In this document: one piece after another, positions 48,145-56,277 of the stretch | How the letters are laid out: every line of letters starts with the position of its first letter | Position numbering within the stretch: the stretch's first letter is position 1 | Notes under the pieces: generated by a model | What the model saw: only the letters and a program-made list of their open reading frames with translations | What the model was told of the DNA's origin: nothing | The model's database searches: none | Program-made: the position numbers and the translations under genes | Source: Chloroflexota bacterium | GTDB lineage: Bacteria; Chloroflexota; UBA11872 | Assembly: GCA_022826485.1 (NCBI GenBank) | Contig: JAJDUU010000025.1 | Coordinates: 87,986-151,985, forward strand | DNA length: 64,000 nt | Direction of reading: 5' to 3'

Positions 48145-49475
48145 TGGCCGAGACTCCCGAGGCCCCCGTCCTGCGCGAGTCCGCCACGTTTCCGCCGGAG
48201 ACGATCGCTGAGATTCAGCGCGCCGCGTCCGAGGGCCTCTATGAGATTCGCGGCTGGGGCGCCAAGCGGCGGGTTCCCACCTTCGACGACCTGCTGTTGC
48301 TGGGCGCCTCGCTGTCGCGTTACCCACTGGAGGGCTACCGCGAGCGCTGCGACACCAACGTGACCCTGGGCACGCGCTTTGCCAAGCAGCCGATCGAGCT
48401 CAAGATTCCCGTCACCATCGCGGGCATGAGCTTCGGGTCGCTCAGCGCCAACGCCAAGGAGGCGCTCGGCCTGGCCGCCACCGAGATGGGCACCAGCACC
48501 ACCACGGGCGACGGCGGCATGACCGACGAGGAGCGCGTGGCGTCCAAGACGCTGGTCTACCAGGTACTGCCGTCGCGTTACGGGCTCAATCCCGACGACC
48601 TGCGGCGCGCCGACGCCATCGAGATCGTCGTGGGCCAGGGCGCCAAGCCGGGCGGCGGCGGCATGCTGCTCGGGCTCAAGGTGAGCGACCGCGTGGCCGA
48701 CATGCGCACGCTGCCGCCGGGCATCGACCAACGGAGCGCCAGCCGACATCCAGACTGGACCGGCCCCGACGACTTGACGATCAAGATTCGCGAGTTGCGC
48801 GAGATCACCGACTGGCAGAAGCCGATCTACGTGAAGATGGCCGCCACGCGCGTGCAATACGACGTTCAGCTAGCGGTCAAGGCCGGCGCGGACGTGATCG
48901 TCCTGGACGGCATGCAGGGCGGAACCGGCGCGACCCAGGACACCTTCATCGAGCACGTCGGCATCCCGACGCTGCCCGCGGTGCGCGTAGCCGCGGACAC
49001 GCTACAGGAGCTGGGCATGCATCGGAAGGTGCAGCTCATCGTGTCGGGCGGCGTTCGCAGTGGGGCCGACGTGGCCAAGGCGCTCGCGCTGGGCGCGGAC
49101 GCGGTGTCCATCGGCGTCGCCGCGCTCGTGGCGCTCAACTGCAACCGGCCGCTGTACCTGGAGGACTACGCGGCGCTGGGCACGGCCCCCGGCTACTGTC
49201 ACCACTGCCAGACGGGCCGCTGTCCGGTGGGCGTCACGACGCAGGACCCGGAGCTGGAGGCGCGGCTGGAACCCAAGGCCGCGGCCCGCCGGGTGCGCAA
49301 CTACCTGTCGACCATGGTGCTCGAAGCCCAAACCTTGGCGCGAGCCTGCGGCAAGTCGCACATGCTCAATCTCGAGCCGGAGGACCTCGTGGCGTTGACT
49401 CCCGAAGCCGCCGCCATGGCCCGTGTGCCGCTGGCCGGCACGAACTGGATCCCGGGGCTCGGAGCCTCCGACTAG
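48144..49475 (+). CDS. mgsC: N-methylglutamate synthase subunit C (FMN glutamate synthase-like)
   Basis: IAGMSFGSLS, TTTGDGGM, GQGAKPGGGG, RHPDWTGPDDL, DGMQGGT, CHHCQTGRCPVGVTTQD; start codon GTG begins at 48145 or overlaps the mgsB stop. Confidence 0.92.
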   Translation: MAETPEAPVLRESATFPPETIAEIQRAASEGLYEIRGWGAKRRVPTFDDLLLLGASLSRYPLEGYRERCDTNVTLGTRFAKQPIELKIPVTIAGMSFGSLSANAKEALGLAATEMGTSTTTGDGGMTDEERVASKTLVYQVLPSRYGLNPDDLRRADAIEIVVGQGAKPGGGGMLLGLKVSDRVADMRTLPPGIDQRSASRHPDWTGPDDLTIKIRELREITDWQKPIYVKMAATRVQYDVQLAVKAGADVIVLDGMQGGTGATQDTFIEHVGIPTLPAVRVAADTLQELGMHRKVQLIVSGGVRSGADVAKALALGADAVSIGVAALVALNCNRPLYLEDYAALGTAPGYCHHCQTGRCPVGVTTQDPELEARLEPKAAARRVRNYLSTMVLEAQTLARACGKSHMLNLEPEDLVALTPEAAAMARVPLAGTNWIPGLGASD

Positions 49476-49559
49476 CCGCACTCAGCCCGAGCGTCCGGCA
49501 GCCGGCGCGCGTTTCGCGCTACCGTAAGCCTCGCTACCCGACCCGGCGCGTTTGCAGAG

Positions 49560-50876
49560 ATGGAGCATCGAATGGACCACGATCTGGCGGCCATGGTTCG
49601 CGACAAGGGCATGAAATACCTGCTCTTCAGCTTCACCGATCTGTTCGGCGTCATGCGCTCGAAGCTCGTGCCGGCCCATGCCGTCGAGGAGATGCAGGAC
49701 GAGGGCGCCGGGTTCGCCGGATTCGCCGCCCACCTTGACATGACGCCCGCCGATCCCGACCTCTGGGCCGTGCCGGATCCGGCCAGCCTGATCCAGCTCC
49801 CCTGGCAGCCCGAGCTTGGCTGGGTGGCGACCAATCTGGTGATGAACGATGCGCCTGTGGGTCACGCGCCGCGCGTAGTGCTGAACCAAGTGATCGAGGC
49901 CGCCAGGGCTCGCGGCTTCCAGATGAAGTCTGGCGTCGAGTGCGAGTTTTTCCTGCTCGAGGCCGACGGCTCGGGCATCGCGGACGGGCAGGATACCCAG
50001 GACAAGCCCTGCTACGACCAGATGGCGCTGCTGCGGCGCTATGAGCTCATCCGCGAAATCTGCGACGTGATGCACGAGCTTGGTTGGGGGCCGTATCAGA
50101 ACGACCACGAGGACGCGAACGGTCAGTTCGAGATGAACTGGACCTACAGCGACGCGCTGACCACGGCCGACCGCCACGCCTTCTTCAAGTTCATGGTTCG
50201 TCACCTGGCCGAAAAGCAGGGACTGCGCGCCACGTTCATGCCCAAGCCGTTCACCCAACTCACCGGGAGCGGCTGCCACGTCCACTTCTCGCTATGGGAC
50301 GCCGCGGGCGACACCAACGTGTTCCTGGACGAGAGCGAGGAGATGGGCCTTTCCGAGACGGCCTATCACTTCCTGGGCGGCGTGCTGCACGCGGCGCCGG
50401 CCCTGGCCGCCATCACCAACCCCACCGTCAATAGCTACAAGCGCCTCAACGCGCCGACCACCACGTCCGGCTCGACATGGGCGCCGAACGCGATCAGCTA
50501 CGCCGGCAACAACCGCACCCACATGGTGCGCATTCCCGACGCCGGGCGGCTGGAGACCCGCCTACCCGACGGCGCCGCCAATCCCTATCTGCTGCAAGCC
50601 GCCCTGCTGGCCGCGGGGCTCGATGGGATCGAGCAGCGGCGCGACCCGGGCGAACGTCTCGACAACAACATGTACGAAGCCGGCGCCGACGTCGATGTCC
50701 CGCGACTGCCGTTGAATCTGCTCGACGCGCTGCGGAACCTCGACGGCAGCTCGGTGATGCGCGCCGGGCTCGGCGATGAGCTGGTGAGCAGCTACGTGAG
50801 CCTGAAGATGGCCAATTGGCACGACTTCATGGGCCACACCAGCGAGTGGGAGCGCGCGAACACGCTGGATATCTAG
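49560..50876 (+). CDS. gmaS: Gamma-glutamylmethylamide synthetase (GlnT-type glutamine synthetase-like)
   Basis: RSKLVPA, GAGFAGFA, KPCYDQMAL, YQNDHEDANGQFEMNW, TFMPKPF, GNNRTHMVR; directly after mgsABC. Confidence 0.9.
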   Translation: MEHRMDHDLAAMVRDKGMKYLLFSFTDLFGVMRSKLVPAHAVEEMQDEGAGFAGFAAHLDMTPADPDLWAVPDPASLIQLPWQPELGWVATNLVMNDAPVGHAPRVVLNQVIEAARARGFQMKSGVECEFFLLEADGSGIADGQDTQDKPCYDQMALLRRYELIREICDVMHELGWGPYQNDHEDANGQFEMNWTYSDALTTADRHAFFKFMVRHLAEKQGLRATFMPKPFTQLTGSGCHVHFSLWDAAGDTNVFLDESEEMGLSETAYHFLGGVLHAAPALAAITNPTVNSYKRLNAPTTTSGSTWAPNAISYAGNNRTHMVRIPDAGRLETRLPDGAANPYLLQAALLAAGLDGIEQRRDPGERLDNNMYEAGADVDVPRLPLNLLDALRNLDGSSVMRAGLGDELVSSYVSLKMANWHDFMGHTSEWERANTLDI

Positions 50877-50918
50877 GAGGTCTCCTCCCCTGCGCGGGAG
50901 GCCTTGGTGTAGCCCCTT

Positions 50919-50946
50919 CGTCATTCCGGCGAAAGCCGGAATCCAG
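50919..50946 (+). repeat. REP-like repeat family A variant (CGTCATTCCGGCGAAAGCCGGAATCCAG)
   Basis: Hairpin between convergent genes. Confidence 0.8.
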
Positions 50947-51029
50947 TGGCCCTTGAAGCTGGTTACCCATCAGTGGGGACAGTTCGCCAACCGACCCTAG
51001 CGGACTATTGAAGGGTTGGCGTGCGCGGC

Positions 51030-52796
51030 TCAGCCCGGCGTCACGTACCTCAGGTCCCAGTCGCCGAACGTATGCAGCGGCGTGACTCGGGCGTCGATGT
51101 TCGGTTCGCCCTCGGCCCGCCAGGCGTCGATTTCCTCGCGGTGCCCCAGGCGGCGCAGCGCGTTCCACATCCCGCCGTAGTGGGCCCGCCCGCCGCCGCC
51201 GGCGGAGTCCCAAAAGAACATGTGCTCGGCGCCGGCGTCGTAGATGTCCGCCGCCCGCCGCCGCAGGTCCCCTGGGGGCATGTGCCGCGGCATGACGTTC
51301 GGCGCCAGGGTCACCGGCGTCCCCCGCACGAGGTCCACGAAGAACTGCAGCGAGGCCGGGTCGGTCCACGCCGGCGTGGTGCTATCGAGGTCGGGCTCCG
51401 AGGTGTAGGGAATGATCGTGTCGACCAGACCCTGCGCCACCCACTGCCGTAAATCGATGGCGTTCTCCAGGTTCTCGGCGTCGCTGCTCAGCACGACCGC
51501 CGAAAGGTGGAACGGCTCGGAGCGCCGCTGTTGGGTCGCGCACTCATCCAGCGCCTGCCGCACCTCGCGCATGAACTGCGTCAGGACTTCGGCGCGGAAG
51601 TGCAGCCAGCGCGAATCGAGCGGATCGAGCGCGCGCGAGTCCAGACCGAACTGCCGTTGAAACGCCTCGACCAGCGGTGGCTCGTATTCGACCAGCGGCG
51701 GCCGGCGGCAATACAGCAGACACACGCCGTCGATCGGGCGTCGGCACATCTCGCGCAGCAGCTCGACCACGTGCGCGCGCACCTCGGGATAGGTGTAGGC
51801 CAGGCGGGGCGTCCGGCGACCCTCGCGGTTGACGCCGCGCCACTCGGGATGCCGTTCGTAGACGCTGTTGCCCCAGTTGAAATGATCGTAGGGCGGCGGA
51901 AAGCGAAACCCCGCCACGCGGTAGGCCGCGTGCAGCTCGAGGCCGATCTCGTGCGCGTAGTCCGCCGCCACATCGAACGGATCGATGTTCTGCTCCCGCA
52001 GCACGCGGCGGCTCTCGACGTGCAGGCGGTCGAAGACCCGGGCGAAGTCGCCCAGCCCGTTGAAGGTGGCTTCGCGTCCCGACTCGGTGTGGGAGAACAT
52101 CAAGTCGCCGCGACCGACTTCCCAGTAGAGCCGGGAGAAGTCGGTGTCGCGATAGGGCTCGATCTCGCGCTGGATGTCCCGCGCCGAGGTCAGCCGCCAG
52201 AGACCCAGCGGGCCGTTGGCGTCCTGGTGGGCGAACAGCCGCCGGGTGTCGCGGCGCGCCGCGTCCGCCTGAACGGCCCCGGTTTCGGAGGCGTCGAGCG
52301 GCACTAGCTTGACATAAGCCACGCGGGCGCACCCGCACTGCACGGAACCGGGTCCATCGCCCGGCGCCATTCGTCCCGTCACCTGGCTCAGGACGAGCGT
52401 GCGCCCCGTGAGGTCGGCGGTCTTCCAGAACATCTCGACCAGCGACTCTGGGGTCTCGCGGTCGTGCGGCAGCTTCAAGAGCGTGGGCACGGGTTCGTCG
52501 CTCAGGCGGACCTCGAGCTCGAGGCCGCCGCCTTCGTCGACCGCGCGTCCCGGCAGCACCCCGATCGACACCGCATGCCAGCCGTCCGCGTCCAGCGGCA
52601 GGTGGATCTCGGGCGCCGCGGTCTCCGGCCCCGCCATCAGCATCACGCCGGACAGTCCGTCGGCGGTGTAGCTCACCGTGCGCCAGTGCCGGCGTTTGGG
52701 CGTGGGCGACAGCGCGTGGGCCGGGCGACAGCGTGAAAGGTCCGTCAGGTATAGCGGCTCGGCGGCGAGCGCCCGATCGGCAATGGCTTCACGCAT
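51030..52796 (-). CDS. Glycoside hydrolase-like (GHL10/DUF187-related) TIM-barrel protein
   Basis: DPFDVAADYAHEIGLELHAAYR, YERHPEW, LAYTYPEVRAHVV, IDGVCL, DLRQWVAQGLVD; start ATG 52796 overlaps upstream stop. Confidence 0.6.
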   Translation of the reverse strand: MREAIADRALAAEPLYLTDLSRCRPAHALSPTPKRRHWRTVSYTADGLSGVMLMAGPETAAPEIHLPLDADGWHAVSIGVLPGRAVDEGGGLELEVRLSDEPVPTLLKLPHDRETPESLVEMFWKTADLTGRTLVLSQVTGRMAPGDGPGSVQCGCARVAYVKLVPLDASETGAVQADAARRDTRRLFAHQDANGPLGLWRLTSARDIQREIEPYRDTDFSRLYWEVGRGDLMFSHTESGREATFNGLGDFARVFDRLHVESRRVLREQNIDPFDVAADYAHEIGLELHAAYRVAGFRFPPPYDHFNWGNSVYERHPEWRGVNREGRRTPRLAYTYPEVRAHVVELLREMCRRPIDGVCLLYCRRPPLVEYEPPLVEAFQRQFGLDSRALDPLDSRWLHFRAEVLTQFMREVRQALDECATQQRRSEPFHLSAVVLSSDAENLENAIDLRQWVAQGLVDTIIPYTSEPDLDSTTPAWTDPASLQFFVDLVRGTPVTLAPNVMPRHMPPGDLRRRAADIYDAGAEHMFFWDSAGGGGRAHYGGMWNALRRLGHREEIDAWRAEGEPNIDARVTPLHTFGDWDLRYVTPG

Positions 52797-53694
52797 TGGG
52801 CAGCGGCCAGTCCAGCCCATCGAGGAAGTCGCGCAACGCGGCCATCTCGGCGTCGCTGGGATTGGGCGCGGGCGAGCGGCGCCATCGCGGCGCGGTGCCG
52901 AAGAGCTCCGGCAGGGCGTGCCGCACCAACCCGTCCCAGCCGTAGGTGGTGGCCGCGGCGTAGTCGCGCAGCGGCAGCTCCCAGCGCGTCACGAGACGCC
53001 AGGCGCTCGCCAGATCGTCCGCGCGCACCGCCGACCAGTACGCGAAGGCCGGATCCGGGTGGCTGCACACGAAGTAGTCGAGCCACGCGGGACACCACTC
53101 GTGGGACGCCAGTATGTGGTGTCGTCGGAGGCCCCCGCCGCCCGCCACCGTCCAGCGGTCGCCCCAGCGCATGCCCATCTCGTGCGCGTAATCCAGCGAT
53201 GCGTCCTCCTTGAAGGCGCAGACTCCGGGCACGGACGCGAGAGCCTCGCACGTGGCGAACGGCACGTCGCCCACCAGCATCACCGGAATGACGTCGGCGA
53301 CGGCCGTGTAGTAGTCCGCCAGCGACTCGGGCGTGCCCGGCATGGCGATGGGGGGGCGCACCATGTAGAGATCGAACTTCAGGTCACGGAGGCGCCGCCC
53401 AAACTCGATGCACTTCGGCAGGCCCCACATGTTGTCGCAGGCCACGGTGAGCGCCCGACCGGCTACCTGACGCGCCACCGCGTCGTGCACGTCGGCCACC
53501 TCGCCGTCGGTCAGCAGCGACATGAGGCTGTTGCCCCAGGTGAGCATCACGACGCCGCAGCCGGCGTCCAGCGACCGCTCGATCATGCGCGAGAGCGCGG
53601 CATAGTCGATCTGCCCGTCCTCGCTGAACGCCACCGGGACGGAGTTGATCGGCCCGCGCAGTCGCTCGCGAATCTCGGATTGCAGCGAATTCAC
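52789..53694 (-). CDS. DapA/dihydrodipicolinate synthase family protein
   Basis: VPVAFSEDGQIDY, LTWGNS..LTDGE, LADYYTAVA, AFKED. Confidence 0.8.
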   Translation of the reverse strand: MNSLQSEIRERLRGPINSVPVAFSEDGQIDYAALSRMIERSLDAGCGVVMLTWGNSLMSLLTDGEVADVHDAVARQVAGRALTVACDNMWGLPKCIEFGRRLRDLKFDLYMVRPPIAMPGTPESLADYYTAVADVIPVMLVGDVPFATCEALASVPGVCAFKEDASLDYAHEMGMRWGDRWTVAGGGGLRRHHILASHEWCPAWLDYFVCSHPDPAFAYWSAVRADDLASAWRLVTRWELPLRDYAAATTYGWDGLVRHALPELFGTAPRWRRSPAPNPSDAEMAALRDFLDGLDWPLPNA

Positions 53695-54004
53695 GCGACC
53701 TCCACCCGTTGCCTCCCGCCGGCGACAGCCGCCGCGGCGGCATCACCGCGGCTCACGAGAGGCACTGTACGCCCTGCTCAGCGTGGCCGGCAGTCGGCGC
53801 CGCGCGCGGCGTCTCGCAGTAGCGGCGGCTGCTAGGTAGACTCATGCCCCATGACGCTCCTGCCCTCGTTTTCAAGCGCACTGCGCGTTTGTGAATGTCC
53901 CACTGCGGATTGTCCGTGATGGGTATTGGCATGGTCCCGAGCGGGTGGCGGCGCGCCGGCGTCCCAGCGCCGGAAACCACGGACCGACTCGGAGCGCCGC
54001 TGCG

Positions 54005-54796
54005 ATGAAGCTGGCCTGCATGACCAGCGTGTTCGCCGGTGATCCCATCGAGGCGGCCGTCGTCAAGATCGCGGAAGCCGGCTTTCGCTTCGTGGAGCTT
54101 TCGTCGGTCCATTGCGACTACAACACCATGACCAACGCGTTGATCGACAACATCGCCCACGAGATTGCCCGCAACGGCCTGGAGGTCGTGGCCTACTACC
54201 CGGCCGACGCCGAGGAGAACTGGACCCGCATGCCGCGCATGTTCGAGGTCGCGTCGCGGCTGGGGGCCAGTCGCGTGGTGGCGGAATGCGCCAATCTCAG
54301 CAAGGCCCGCGAGCTCGAGCCGCTGTGCCAGAAGTTTCAGATCGATCTCGCCATCGCCAACCAGTGGCCCTACCCCTTCGGCCGCCCGTCGGATTACTCC
54401 GGGCTGAACGGATCGGTTGGAGCGCGTATCGGCGCGGGGCCGGACACGGGGTGGTTTGCAGCGGGCGGTCAGGACCCCGCGGAGCTGTTCGACATCGCCG
54501 GCGACCGCATCAAGGTAGTGCACCTCAAGGACGTGGCCTCGGAGGGCGAATACTGTCCGGTGGACCTGGGCGACGGCGTCGCGCCGCTTGAGCCGTTCAT
54601 GGCCGGATTGGCCGCGCAGGGTTTCGAAGGTCCCCTGACCGTCGCGCGCGATCCCGGCAAGCGCATCACCTTCGATATCGGGATCTTCGGCGACGCCACC
54701 TACGAAGTGCACGAAGAAGCCGTGCCCGACGACGAGATCATGCAGTCGCTGCGCCAGGCCAGAACGTGGGCGCTGGAGCACGGCGCCGTCGAGTAG
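54005..54796 (+). CDS. Sugar phosphate isomerase/epimerase (xylose isomerase-like TIM barrel)
   Basis: IAEAGFRFVEL, PDTGWF, VVHLKD, LGDG; start ATG 54005. Confidence 0.8.
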   Translation: MKLACMTSVFAGDPIEAAVVKIAEAGFRFVELSSVHCDYNTMTNALIDNIAHEIARNGLEVVAYYPADAEENWTRMPRMFEVASRLGASRVVAECANLSKARELEPLCQKFQIDLAIANQWPYPFGRPSDYSGLNGSVGARIGAGPDTGWFAAGGQDPAELFDIAGDRIKVVHLKDVASEGEYCPVDLGDGVAPLEPFMAGLAAQGFEGPLTVARDPGKRITFDIGIFGDATYEVHEEAVPDDEIMQSLRQARTWALEHGAVE

Positions 54797-54859
54797 CGCC
54801 CCCGCCGTCCCAATACCGAGCCTACGCGCCGCTACATGCGGGCCGTGGGTCGTGGCTCC

Positions 54860-54887
54860 CCGTCATTCCCGCGGAGGCGGGAATCCA
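54860..54887 (+). repeat. REP-like repeat family A
   Basis: CCGTCATTCCCGCGGAGGCGGGAATCCA, identical to 8883-8910. Confidence 0.85.
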
Positions 54888-54977
54888 TCCCCAGTTGCCA
54901 ACCGACGAGTTGAGGGCACCCGCCGGCGCTGAAGCCGCGTGCGGTACCCGGGTGCCAATGAAGCCCTATCCGCACCA

Positions 54978-55006
54978 TTGCCTCGAGTCCGTCGCCGCCC
55001 GATAAT
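54978..55006 (+). promoter_or_regulatory. Putative sigma70-type promoter of tRNA-Gly
   Basis: TTGCCT-17 bp-GATAAT ending 10 nt upstream of the tRNA. Confidence 0.6.
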
Positions 55007-55016
55007 TCAAGCATCG

Positions 55017-55089
55017 GCGGGGGTAGCTCAGTTGGCAGAGCGCTAGCCTTCCAAGCTGGATGTCGCGGGTTCGAGCCCCGTCCCCCGCT
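55017..55089 (+). tRNA. tRNA-Gly(UCC), CCA not encoded
   Basis: GCGGGGG/CCCCCGC acceptor stem, anticodon arm CTAGC-CTTCCAA-GCTGG, GTTCGAG T loop; followed by CCT rather than CCA. Confidence 0.96.
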
Positions 55090-55249
55090 CCTAACAGAAG
55101 TGGATCGGCAAAAGCCGCCGATTCGCGGGGTTTCGCGACATCAAGCCTTCAGCCCGTCCGTGCCACGCCCCAACCTTCGTCCGCTATGCGTGGCGCCTTG
55201 CCGAGGAGTATGGTTGGCCCCACTCGCCGCGAGTAGGATCCTCCAGCAC

Positions 55250-55882
55250 ATGGCCAGCAGCCAATCCGACTACCCTGTTCAGTTCTCGGTCGACTACCCC
55301 GATCGACCTCTTAACCGGCTCACCACCCTTTTCCGGATCATCATGGTCATCCCCATCCTCGTCGTCGCGGTCTTGATACCTGGCTTCATCAACAGCGGCC
55401 AATTCGGCGGCTCGGAGCAGCTGGCAATCTCCATACCGCTCGTTTGGCTTCCCCTCGTCCTGATTCTGGTCTTCCGCCACAAGTACCCGCGCTGGTGGTT
55501 CGACTGGAATCTGGAACTCAGCCGATTCGTCTACCGCGTCGAGGTCTACGCCATGGCCCTGCGCGACGAGTACCCCTCAACCGACGAGCACCAGGCCGTC
55601 CATCTCGACATCGACTACCCCAACGCCGAGACCGACCTCAACCGCTGGCTGCCTCTCATCAAGTGGCTCCTGGCCATCCCCCACTACATCGTCTTGGCCA
55701 TCCTCTCCATATTCGCCTTGATCGCCGTCGTGCTGGGCTGGATTATGGTCGTCATCACCGCCCGATATCCGCGCGCGCTCTTCGACTTCGTGGTCGGCGT
55801 CATTCGGTACGGCGCCCGCGTCCAGGCCTACGCCTACATGCTCACCACTGACCGCTACCCACCCTTCAGCATTAACCCCTAA
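55250..55882 (+). CDS. DUF4389 domain membrane protein
   Basis: Two repeats: LNRLTTLFRI..KYPRWWFDWN..DEYP and LNRWLPLIKWLLAIPHY..RYPRALFDF..DRYPPF. Confidence 0.85.
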   Translation: MASSQSDYPVQFSVDYPDRPLNRLTTLFRIIMVIPILVVAVLIPGFINSGQFGGSEQLAISIPLVWLPLVLILVFRHKYPRWWFDWNLELSRFVYRVEVYAMALRDEYPSTDEHQAVHLDIDYPNAETDLNRWLPLIKWLLAIPHYIVLAILSIFALIAVVLGWIMVVITARYPRALFDFVVGVIRYGARVQAYAYMLTTDRYPPFSINP

Positions 55883-56277
55883 GCGCCAACACCGCGCCGC
55901 CGACGGGCTCCGAGTCTGCGATCTGCCGCGGGCGCCGCCGCAACCGCCCGTGTCGTCGCTGAGGGTTGCGCGACTTCGCCTGGTCGACCGTGAATTGGAC
56001 CAAGACTTACCGAGAAAACGACGGCAATCGGGCAAGGTTCGAATGGTCCGGCTGCTCGGCAACGCAATCGCCTGAGGTCGGATGTGTTCGCGGGGATTGG
56101 ACCGAGGCGTCTGCCGGGGGAGGACCTTGCCAAGCATGGACGACTGCACGGTGGCGCAACTGCCTGCTACGATCACGCGCCGTCACGGTCTCGCCCGCGG
56201 GGTATGCAGGGCGGACTGTCTCAGGAATAGCGACAAGTGCGGGTGGGCGCTGGAATAGCCCCTTCGAAGTGAGATTC

